64,000 bases of DNA, from NCBI GenBank assembly GCA_000708835.1, contig DF237227.1:1-64000 (forward strand), written 5' to 3'. The notes under the pieces were generated by a model that had not been told where the DNA came from, searched no databases, and was given only the letters and a program-made list of their open reading frames with translations. This DNA is from Klebsormidium nitens. Lineage: Eukaryota; Plantae; Klebsormidiophyceae. Made by a program: the position numbers and the translations under genes. Shown in pieces: positions 37,328 to 48,779 of this stretch (position 1 is the first letter of the stretch; each line of letters begins with the position of its first letter).

Positions 37328-38600
37328 AGTGAGCCCAAGCGACGAGGTCACACTGATTGTGCTAAAACGTGCAGCCACTTATTTTAACAGCCACAAACAT
37401 GCCCTCCGAACGACATGTGGTCGTTCCAGGGGAAGTTGCTGCTCCTAAGGCCCGCCTGATCTTTTGGCTCGTCGGTCTCACCCAGCTATGGTCAACGACC
37501 ATGATTCAGACTTCTTGTTGGTCACTGCTCGACGACTGTTACGCATACAAGGACGTCCGAGCTCTCGGAGCTCACACTCCTCATAGCGTCTTGTCTTTAC
37601 ATTTTCTGCTTATACGACTAGTCACGTTTGATCTGAGATCCGGGAAAGGCAAATCACGTGCTTAACTATTTCATTAGACTAAACTTTTACCGGAGCAGAG
37701 AGCCGGGCTTGTTTCAACATGCGATTGGACCCGATACAGAACGCGTCTCAGTCTGATCCTGCCTAGCTTAGCTACTGTTTACTACAAGTTTTGAGTTCAT
37801 GGTTTGCGTTGAATGTACATACCGTCCCCAAGCTATACAGGATATGTCAGTGTCAATGTATGTCTCGCTGAAGTATATAACAACTAGTGCTGGGTTGCGT
37901 CGCCAGGTAATAGAAAGTCTGTATACAGTCAGCTTGGATATATCACACATCCCGACATTACGAGGGATCCGCCTGCCTGAAAGGCATGCAATTAAACTAC
38001 ACATGCTTTCAGCATGTATTTAGCCTGAGCTTCAAGTTTATATATACCGGCCGCATACTGCATCGTCCAAGTTTAATGCATGCCAGTGCGCACTGAAGTC
38101 TCATGCTCGCGAGCTAGGACCAACGCGCGGTGGCATGTGCGGCATCATTGCAAATAGTAAAGATCCTGTCGGATCGATGGTGGGTATACTTCTGCACCGT
38201 GCGTGCATGGCGGCATCGATTGCAGTCCCGGTGAGGAGCAACTTTCTGTAGAGTATGCATAGCGCGTGCCACTGACATGGATGCGTCAAGCATCGACTCG
38301 TCATGCTGCAGGCCTGCAAGCCCCGGCCAAAAGCACATTTCTAGTTTTTCCGAGTCATTTTCGTGGTGGATTGCGAAGTGAACATCTGAAAAGGTGAAAG
38401 GCAAAGGCGTGCATGCATATGTCCTGAACCTATAATTACTGCATAACACAGAGTACACATAAGCACAACTTTTGTAAATATGTATGAACAATGAAGGTCA
38501 TCAGACTCCCCTTCTCTTGCCCTCCTTCTGCTTTTAAGGTTTTCCTGAAGCTAAGGAGTGCTTCTCAAGTTCTCCTGAGCTCTTCGTCCGAAATTGCGGC

Positions 38601-41600
38601 TTAAAATGTACGGCGTATGACAGAGTCGGGTGAAGTCTTCGATCCATTGGCCCGTTCCTTCGTAGGAGCTGGGCCTGTACTACATTCTTCGTTTCTCGTG
38701 CCGCTGAACACGGAAGAATCTTCAACGGCCGACTCTACTTCTGCGTCGGCGGCGCCCGGCTCGAGCACGAAAGTGATGCTAGGGTCTTCCCTGCGGCTTG
38801 TGCTGCCCGCTTCAGCACCGAGGAGGTCGTCTGATACGTACTGTATCTGGAAACCAAAGAAAGGACGAGTGGTCAAGACACGCAAAGGCAGTAAACGCAG
38901 GACACAACGATCCGAGTGGACCAAAGCGTGCAAAAGTAGAGCCTCCGCATAGATTGGACTTCCCTCTCTCTCTGCAGTAGTCACTACCTATCTGACCAAG
39001 CTGTCTATCAAGTCGGGGCCGAACCCCATATGTCCCCGGCGTCTCTCCAGTATGTTCGACTTCCTCCAAAGGATGCAACGTAGCCGGACGGGTTCGGCTT
39101 CGCCATTGGAAAGAGACTTTCTCAGCATGGCTATGCTCGGTAAGAAGCTACCCCTGGAGCAAGCTACATAATCTGCGGTAGTTTTGCAGGGGCTAGCAGG
39201 CTACGATAGAGAAGCTAAGCGTCACCGATATACAGGAACAATCAGTTGGACCGAAACAGGCGCAAGGAAGGACGAGTATGAGGAGTTTGACATGCTGCTT
39301 TCGATTTTGCGCAAGCACAAGCAAGGTTAATCCGAGGTAAGACATCGTCCAGACACTGTGAAGCGTTGACCTGATGAGAGCAAGTAGACCAGCGCGTCAA
39401 CGAGAAAATGCAAGGGAACAGTATGGTCGTAAGCTTGGCTTATGCTACTTTGCTACAGCGAAGGAAGAATTCTTATCCTTGTAGGACTAGGCGACAAACG
39501 CTTTCCACCGCTCGTGCTTCTTTCCTGTTCTCAAAGGGTTGTCTCTACAAACGTGACGCACTAGATCCATTTCGATGCCCTTGGTGCAGTAAACATAAAT
39601 GGTCGAACAGGCGCAGACAGTCCGGAAAGAGACAAGTACTTGCGAGCCCAGGCCCCACGGCACCGGCAAACAAAACACAGCAGCGGAAACGACAAACACA
39701 AGAGCCCAGAGCAAAATTACAGTACCCTCCTCAGATGTCCACCCAAAAATGACGTGCCTAGGTAAGCCGCTACGCCGGCGGGAACAAACCTCCGCCGCAC
39801 GCACCTGAGCACTCTTACCTTTGCTTGACTCAGGTCGACGCCGGTCTCGGTCAGGATCCGGAGCAACTCGTCGAAGTTCTCCTTGGTCGGGTGGTAATGC
39901 CCGCTGTGCGCCTCCATCAGCTTGAGCGTCCCGTGGTCGCATTGTAACCGGCCGGCGGCTTTGGTGGCGGCGCCGGAGAGGAAGCTCGAGTGCTGGAAGC
40001 GGCCTTTTTGCTTCTGCAGGGGGGATTTTGACCTTTCAGGGGGAGTTGTCAGATTCAAACAGTGGTTTTCTAGCTCTAGAGCGTGTCTGGACTTGAGAGG
40101 GGCGGCGCCAGAGGTGAAGCTAGTGTGCGGGAAGCGGCCTCTTTGCTTCTGCGGGACAAGAACGTGTTCGTGTCAGGGGAAGCTGTGTGTCAGGGGTTAG
40201 TTCAGAGAGTGTTGCCTGCTCTACAGCGTGTCTGAATGCGAGGGCTTTTGAGGGATTTGAAAGGGGTTGACTATGCCAGAGGTAGTTCTTTGTATCATCC
40301 ACACATAGTTCCTTATATTCTTTCGGGGCCGACAAGGAGTGAGCCTGAGGCCGAAATCCGGCGTCCACCAAATCATGAGGAAGCTTGAGTGCTGGGAGCG
40401 GCCTGGTTGCTTTCGTGGAAAGAAAATTTCCTGTGTTAGGGAGTTCTTCTAGATCACAGTGCCTGCTCTAGAACGTGGTCTGGAGCTTCTTCGTGTCGGG
40501 GGGGGGGTTCCAACTTTGACTAGTTGCCTGCTGTAGAGCGTGTCTGGATTCGAGGGCAATGGTGTAGCGGGACCAAAAACTGAGGCTGGCATCTTTGCTT
40601 CTGCGGGGAGAGAGCTTGTTTTCGATTCCAACCGATATTCCTTGACGGAGTCAATCCTGATTCCGTGGGTTTTTCCGCCCTTGACATGGATTAGCGCACA
40701 ATTGCCCGCTTTCAAGGAAGGCATTGGGCTCTTCCAGACGGCGACGGCAGGACAGATTCGGAGCTAGTCACTGGCCAAAAGCGGGATATACGCAGGCGGG
40801 TTGGTGTCTAGTGTCAAGGCTCCGCTTTCAATAAAGGCGATCAGAAAATCTCGAGCCGAAAAGCTTCGCAAAACTTCTCCATAACACAAAGCCGGACAGA
40901 ACACAGAGAAAAAAATGGAATCAACGACTAGAATCAAGAACGGTTTCCACAGCAACTCGAACTTTGGAAGGATTGAGTTCGGGACACGTGATGCCTTACC
41001 GCTGAGATGTACAGCTTTCCATGCGCGTCCATCACGAAGATCCACTTCTTGTCCTTGTCGGTGTGAATCGGCTCCTGGCTCAGCCGGTTGAGCAGCTTCC
41101 CATGGACCACCTCCACCTCGTACGCCATTCGCTCCACCTTTGGGAAGGACAACTCCCATTTTACAATCAGGGGTCGAATAAGCTGATGTCAGCATGACGC
41201 GTGGCGTGAGGTCAGCAGAGTCGGATGACGGATCTTCGGCTGTTCGCAGACAAGGCCCTATACGCCATGCGCTACACCTGGGTGGAGGGAATGAATGCTT
41301 TCTAAAACGTCGGCCAAGAGGCTGACGTTAGCATCAGCCGCGAAGTGATGTCGGCAGAGTCGGACGAAGGATCTTCGGCTGTTTGCAGACAAGGGCCCTG
41401 TACGCAATACGTTCCACCTGGGTGGAGAGGAGGGAAAACTCATTCTTTTGGAACATGGGCCGAGAGGCTGACGTCAACATGATCACACGGCGTGAGGTCA
41501 GCAGAGTCGGACGAAGGATGTTTCTGAAGTTCGCACGCAAGGCCGTACGCCACACGCTTTGCGTAACAGGAAGAAGAAACTTTTGCGGCACGGGCCTGGA

Positions 41601-44498
41601 AGCTGGGTTCGAAGATTTCAGCATGGCCCACGACGTGATGTTGGCAATAGACTGGACGGCATAAAGAGGCTCGTCTCAACCAGCCAATGGGAGTACTCTA
41701 CGCAAAAGGAAAAGCTGGACGAATCTTATTCTTGGCTTTAGGAACGACTATTCCTCTTCGCAAGAAGATTCGTGGTTGTAAGAAAGGAAATACTATACAG
41801 ATCAGAAGAAGAAGCTGCACGAGCTCATTCTTTGCTTCAAACATAGCTCTCTCTTCAACCGAAAGCATTGTGTATGTACGGAAGAAACCGTACCGGAGTC
41901 AGGTACTTGATGAGCTCGCCCTGCAGCTTCTTCCGGGGGCACTCCTCCAACTCCACGTGCTGTCCCTCGCCAACGTCCAGCCTGCAGATCGGCGTAAAAT
42001 GTAAGTTCAGGTATGTAGTAAGCGTTAGGAAGTCGTATCTCGCCAGCCTAGAACGGGTGGGGTTGCAATCGGGAGTTACGGTGGGTGCAGAGTGCGGAGC
42101 AGGTGATCACGAGGGTGAGTTTCTTTGGGTTAGGTTGGGAGCTTCCACGGGCTTCCAACTCCTGATAGTTCTATAAAGCGGTTAATAGAACGAACTCATT
42201 CGTCTTTGCCTATTGGCTTCCTTGATTTCTGGGGACTAGCAAGCGGCTTTATGAAGAAACATCAGCTCGGCAGCGACGTATCGTCCAGCGTTACCTGCTT
42301 AGACAGTCCCCCATGACCGTTTGTTGGCAAGGAGACCCTAAGGGAGCCTGTATCGACCTTTTGAAACTTTCAAATTTGACCAGCCTCCCCAATTAATTTC
42401 GACGCACACTACACTTTCCTGCAGAAACAGTTGTCGGTTCGCCGTCACTCTGAAACGGGATTTCCTCTTGACGGAGCTCTTACCAGTAGAAGAACGGTTG
42501 GTCAGTGTCGCTCTTCTGCCATACTTGGTAGTAGAGTTGCAGATTGTGGCCGTAACGGTGCCGTGCATCGACCTGCGCACGCGCACCAAAGGATCAGTGC
42601 CCTAAGACACCACTGGCTCATTCAAACACTCAAGAAACACCGACACGCCAACACGATCAGGCAGAATGTCTCTCAAACAAAAGGATCGAGAATCAGGCGA
42701 AGCTGGGCATTGCCTTGAGAGAATACGCGTTTGAACGTCCTAATGGTACCTGGGGCCGCCGCTCTCAGTAGGAGATATCTGCGTTCCCCACAACCTTGAT
42801 GAATCATCCAGGTTTGGGCCGCTTGAAAAGGGCAACCGATTCTCTCAAGCTACCAATCCGCCCAGGTTCCGCTTCACAGCCGCTCTCTTGTCAAGAGGTT
42901 GCAGCGTAAATCGTCGAAAATGGTGCGCTGCCGAAAAGTCAATGGACAGCGACCTTTACAACACTCACCGCTTCCAACCAGTGATTAATGCCCAGCAGCC
43001 TCGCCTTGTCATCTGCGCCGAGTCCCTTCCCAACCTGTACATAAGTCCGGCATAAGCGTAAGGGGAAAACCTTTGCCCATCATGCCTAGCCCTGGTTCGA
43101 CTGCAAGTTCATCATTTTGGAAGAAGTCGACCACAACATTATGAACTTTGACTGAACATAGTTGTTGCACTGCAAAACTGACCGATCAGTAACCATCAGT
43201 TGGCAGCTGGGCCAGTTCTGGGTGGACGTTAATGCGAAGCGAATTGCGGAAATCTGCCAATCACACATATTGTAGCCGCAACCCAGAGCACATCACACAC
43301 AATTGGGACTGCACATTTAGAGCCGCTCGGCATGGGAGTTAGAGAAGGTACACAAGGGAGGGGTTTTGGTGTTCCATTCTTTCCAATATTCGCAGCTTTC
43401 TGAAATGGTTTCTTGTTTTGCTATTCGCACATCTTCAACTCGTTTTTTGCTTCACTGTGCTCAGGCCTTCCTTTCCTGGCACTTGCCCCGTAATGCATTC
43501 ACAGAATGGCATCTCGCACGTTTGTTGCTTGGTCGGTCGTTCTTCAAAACACTGACCTTTGAAGCCTTTGACTTGAGCCGGAGCCACCTCTTCACGGTTG
43601 TCTCATCCCCATCCGTACTGTTGTTTTGCTGTAAAGCCAACGCGTCTAGCACGCTTGACCTGCGTGCAAGTAGATTTTTCAAAGACCAGCTTTTGTCTCG
43701 AAGGTCAGCCCAACGAGGGAACACATGTGTAATGTCTCCAAATATTCTTTGCTAAATGTGCGGAGCAACTGCTCAAGGAGATTCTAATCGCAGAAGCTGT
43801 TGCTTTTTCGACCTTCTGACTTTGGCAACAAGCGGCGCGCTTGCCCTCGCAATACAACTTTCAGAAAACAGGTCCAACAAGGCGGGCTGCATTCTGTTAT
43901 CGCCTCAAGAAGCACCGCCTTGAAAACAGCTCTGTTCCAAAAACCACCATCGTTTTCCTTCAAAAGATGACCATCATTCAGAAAGGAAGCGGGGATCAAG
44001 AGAGTCCTTTCCAAGGGTGACAATCTGCGGGTGCGGCTCACTGCACGGTCAAACAGCGTTGTTGCCAACAGCAATGCTCCTGACGGAAATGTTGAAACTG
44101 TAAGGTTCAGAGAATCCAGCAAGTCATATGCTCCTTAACACATCCTCAGAGAAGTTTACAGGAAGTGTCCGCTGCAATGGGGGTAATGAATGTAGTACAG
44201 ATAAGAAGCAGTAAGAGTGTAAGGATACGTTGTCAGCACGAGAAACCGAAGATAGAGAGGCTGCTCACCAGCCCTTCTCCTGCTCTAATAAGGCAATGTC
44301 AGCCAATCGGCGCCTCTCCCTGTGTCCGCGGAATATGCGCTGCACCGTGATTGCCGCTGACGCATCAGCAGCAGAGTCAGCAGACTCTTGAGACCTCCCG
44401 CTGGTAGACGCCTCTGCCCCATAGTCATTCATGGCCTTGTGACTCTGCTTTTCCACAGGAACTGATGAGTTATCCCTCACTTTAACCGAGGTCTCCAT
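38601..44498 (-). CDS. IQM: IQM-family IQ-motif calmodulin-binding protein; 3' end uncertain
   Basis: Exons 44498-44269 (IQ-like [18 protein letters not shown]), 43659-43557, 43034-42969, 42572-42484, 41981-41894, 41137-41000, 40013-39819. Motifs VGKGL...[20 protein letters not shown]....[43 protein letters not shown]. Exons after 39819 unresolved; ORF 38601-38984 is only a candidate last exon. Confidence 0.85.
39975..40610. repeat. Intronic copies of the IQM exon 7 acceptor region
   Basis: GAAGC..GAGTGCTGGAAGCGGCCT.TTTGCTTCTGC pattern at about 39980-40020 (true), 40115-40155, 40380-40420 and 40585-40605. The companion intronic motif CTCTAGAGCGTGTCTGGA is also repeated. Confidence 0.8.
41120..41580. 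repeat. About 140-bp tandem array spanning the IQM exon 6 acceptor
   Basis: TACGC...CACCT anchor at 41121, 41261, 41401 and 41546. Each unit also repeats GCTGA(C/T)GT.AGCAT...GGTCAGCAGAGTCGGA..A.GGAT. Confidence 0.85.
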
Positions 44499-46004
44499 CG
44501 GCTTGTTAGCTTGCTTGCAGCCTGGCCGGAAAGGTTTCTATATTTCAGACGAGCCTGCACGTGCACACAAAGAGCGAAGATAAGACAAACTTACTTGAGT
44601 TGTTAGTCAATTGAGCTGGCTTAGTGCTCTTGCAGAGCGTTGAGAATGCAAACTTCCTAAATGCAAGGCCTTGCAATTTGATCGGGAACATAAGGAAACT
44701 GACGTTCTATCAATTGTAAGAGCAGGTCTGAAACAGCAATCACAGCCAATTTGACCCAAACTTTTTAGCCCAGACCAAAGGGCCTGCAATTGTCATCCAT
44801 TGAAACTCACAGACGTGCAAAGAACGGTTGCTGCCAAAAGCTTGTAAGTCCAACTTACAAAGACACTAAACAGGTTCCTTGTACTCTCACCAGGTTCACA
44901 AAGTCCACAGTTGCAGAACTTTCTCGGACCAAAGGAGACAAGAGCAACAAAGTTCTGTCAAAGTGGGTGAGACAACTGAGAGTGGGCAGCTTTCAAGAAA
45001 GCTACCGGTTGAGAGGGGTTCAGGTATGAAGGACGGGTATGGACTGCGTTCAGTTGCGAAGCGGTATAATGGTAACCTTATCTGGACAGGAGACTTCAGC
45101 ATACACTTTAAACGCACCTTGGCAAAAGGATCGCTCACCTTCTACTTGAGAACGGGCGTAAGACAGTGGGACAACTGTTGCCCGCTTGGCAGCAGACCAA
45201 CAGACGAGCACACACTAATCCCTAAATTTCCTGCCTCTCTATTCCAACCCGCACCAGCTAGGCCCAAGGACTCTTTAAGCTGCTGAGGGTTGCAGCGCAA
45301 TGCGGAGCTTGCTTACGCAACAAGGACCCTGTGAGTCTGACCCTGTCTTCGGAAGAGGAAACTGTGCACAACATGGGCGCCTTGCCGCAATGCTGGGAGC
45401 ACGGTGTGCATGCAGCGCGTGCCTGCAAACCTTAAATAGGTAGTCCTTCTCAGCTGGTTTCTAGGTCCTCACATGACCATCCCCCTTTTTGGACGGCGAC
45501 CTGAGAGCAGGAAATCAGCATTCACGGTCGCTAGGCCCAGGGCCAGCTTGGGAGGCGACCGGGACCTTCCTGAGCACTGCATTGGAAACGCCGGAAAATG
45601 CTGCCGCCTGAGCAGCAGTACGCACAGCCCTCTCGGTTACGGTTGACCACTCTCCACCTCTTTTCCCGTGAGAATGGCAACAGAATGACGATCTTCAAAC
45701 TTCGTAGCGACCAAGGATGACGACCGTCCGGATCACCGGCAGTCACCGAAGCGACTTCAGGTGTCCTATTCAGAAAAATGGACGCCAGATGAGGGTGATC
45801 GGTCGCCAGTCGTCAGCTCCGAGCTTTGTGCGGGGTCGCTTCTTTGACCGAGTTGAAAAGCTGGAGGACGTCCTAACTCAGTAACCCTGCTGGCTAACCC
45901 TGGTGCTCAACCCGAATCCGGTCTGGCCGGCAGGCACAGAGCTGTGCATGCATGCGCTGCAAATCAGCAATCCTACCGCGACACATTTCAGGCGCAAGCA
46001 GAAA

Positions 46005-47486
46005 ATGGCGGCCACCTCTGCATTGTCTCTTGCCACTGGCATCAGCTGCAGTGCTTTTGGAGCAGCTACTGCTCCGAAGCTCAGAAGGGCAGATTTATCC
46101 CCCAGCCCCATTGTTGCTGCTTCTGGCTTTTGTCCTTCACAGTGTGCATTGTTTCCACTAGGTCAAAAGCATGGCGCTTCTTTGCGAGCAATGCAGTCTG
46201 GTTCTACACTCTTCAAAAATAGATTCAGGCGTCAGATATCGAGTCAGGTCTTCAGGAAGAGCTCAACTAGAAATGCGGGCGTCAGGGCAAGCAGTGATTC
46301 GGACACGAGCAATGTCGGGGCAGGTGGTCTTGCAGCTATTGGATTTGGACTGGTCAGCGTGCCAGTTATGGCATGGTCTCTCTTCACATTGAAGGTGAGC
46401 TCACCTCAATGTTTCAGCTGCATTCATCCAAGTAGATGACTTTTTTTGAAACCAAGTTTCCAGAAGTGTTGTCCACCGTCTAAGCTTGATCAAGGTTCAT
46501 TGAACTGCTCTTATGAAAGGGTTTTGTGACATCAATGTTGATCTTGACACAGCCACCTGACTGTACTGTTGCCTCCTACACTTATTGGAGGAGGTATTCA
46601 GACTGGCTGTGATCAATGTACCTTAATCCAATCACTTCTTGAGAGTTCAACATAGTCTGGCAATCGGCCAGCACTTGTTCTTCAGCATTAGCTACCCTTT
46701 GGCTCCCTGTGAAAATCTGTATTACATTGAAGCGAACAGCCAAATTCTTGGGCTGTCCAACTGCATTTGCAGACAACTGGCTGCGGGTTGCCGCCGGGGC
46801 CTGGGGGTGCATTGGGAGGGCTGGAAGGTATAAGCTATCTGGCGATTGTGGGGATCGTCGGTTGGTCTCTGTACACAAAGGTAAGCAAGAGAGATAATTC
46901 CCCTCCTCCTCAGGTCTTGGAAGCACGTCACATGTGGAGGACAGGCAGAAAGTCTTCGAGTAATATGTTTTTGAGCGTCATGTGGTTTCCTCCGACCCGC
47001 TTAACGTGTCCTCTTTCGTCGTCAAGATTCTTGCATCAAATAGTTGGTGCTTCAACGAACCTCCGGAGGATAATAATCGATGGTATGATTCAGGACTGTG
47101 TTGCAATTTTGTTGCTGTCAATGGGTACGCTGTACACGCCCACGGTCTGTTCCTGTAACAGGGATTGTCAACGCTTTCAAAGCTTTATATGTCTTCTAAG
47201 TATTCTGTTGGCGCTCTGTTGATCATCGGCTAATATGGTCACGTCAATGTTTCATCATTGCACTGAACCAGAAGTGTGTCTTGGTTCACATTCCAAGAAT
47301 CATTTGACGAAACTTTGGCAGGTAAAAACTGGGTCCGGCCTTCCCCAAGGCCCTTTCGGGCTTCTAGGAGCGGTAGAGGGCCTGTCATATCTTCTCTGCT
47401 TGGCGGGCCTTGTGGTGTTGGGCTTTCAGGTTGTGGACCATGGCTTCATCCCTTCTCCCACACCGGACGACCGGTGCTTCGGCTAA
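46005..47486 (+). CDS. Small predicted plastid membrane protein with an internal duplicated GLPxGPxGxLGxxEGxSYL motif
   Basis: Exons 46005-46394, 46773-46880, 47322-47486. Ser/Ala/Arg-rich transit-peptide-like N-terminus; TGCGLPPGPGGALGGLEGISYL and TGSGLPQGPFGLLGAVEGLSYL; ends in PDDRCFG. From memory it resembles an uncharacterised land-plant plastid family. Confidence 0.8.
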
Positions 47487-48779
47487 GGGAGTAGCGGCTG
47501 TGGAACTGATTTACCCACAATAAGGTTGCTAAAGAATTCGGGCACAATGAAATGCAATTTCGTTCACAGCACGTATCCATTCTGACAAACGAAGGCGACA
47601 ACCCCTGTAGACAACCCTTGAGAGCACAACGGTAACGTCAGACGTCGGATTGGAGTAGTGACCCCGAAGAGAACTTGCTCGAGGCATGTCGGTGTTGAGA
47701 GTGGAAAGACATGGTAGGCATCTCATACAGTCCAGCAAGCCTAATGAAGCATTGCCAGGCCTTGAGTGAGCTGTAGTACAGCCAATTCTGGACCACCGTT
47801 CAATGCTAGTCGAGCAAACCGATCATGCATTCATGATTGGCCGAGCGCATGGCATCTTCGGCTTCAAAGCAGCGTCCATCTATGCCCGCGAGAGAGGACA
47901 CGGATATTGACCATTGGCAGCTGCCTCGAAAACAGGGCGGGCTATTAGTGCATCTTCGGTCAGTGACATAAACTCAAATGGCGAGCCTGTCCCATGGAGA
48001 TCAGCAATACCGTCCATGAACTACCGTCATATAGATCCATACCTTAACAGTCGGAATCAAATTAAAGACAGCTTGTATACACACTATAATTTACGCGTGT
48101 CGCTGTGCATGCAGTTAACTCGGCTGTTCAATCTGCATCGATCATGAGCTACATTGAATCAAAATAATTTTATATAATTCAGTATTTTTAAATTGAATCT
48201 GATATCGGGATATAGCATCTCAAGCCGCCTGGTCTAGAATGATAAGTCACCTTTTGATCACCACACGTTGCGATAATTGAACATGCACAGCTCTAGCATG
48301 ACGCACGTGCTCAGTGGAGATCATACTCACTCGAACTTCACTGATAGTGAAAGAGTCACAAGCTGTAGTTGTGCGACAGTCAACGTCCGAATTAAAACAA
48401 TGCCCAATTAATTCGAAGGTTTTAGTCGCGGCCACTAGAACACCGTTTTCCAAAGTTATAGCTAGCTCAGTGGGCTTCAATCATCGTAGTGTTAAACAGA
48501 AGCTCTGATCCAGTTGACAAGTCTTAGACTACATCTGGGTTTCATGATCGCCAAGCCCTGTTTTCAAAATGCAATTTAATGAACCCACACTCGATTTTTC
48601 CATAACTGTGTAACAAAACCCGGTCAGGTCGGTGGTCTTTCCGACTCGACCCGTCCAGCGACGACTACTTTGCTTACAAAACCCATGGTACAATAGCTCA
48701 AGAGCTAGCTTTTCCTCACAACTATCCGCGAGCGTCTGCATATTATACACGAGAAGCCATGCTAATGCGCGCGCAATGC

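Noticed and set aside
37700-38500. TG/CA-rich intergenic blocks as eroded transposons (also 8250-9100 and 47740-48750)
   Set aside because: Composition is suggestive, but I found no TIR, LTR, TSD or transposase/RT motif, so they are not reported as features.
43784-44122. 112-codon ORF inside the IQM gene as an exon
   Set aside because: Splicing 44269 directly to 43659 gives the family-consistent W-SSVLDAL; I found no phase-compatible acceptor for this ORF.
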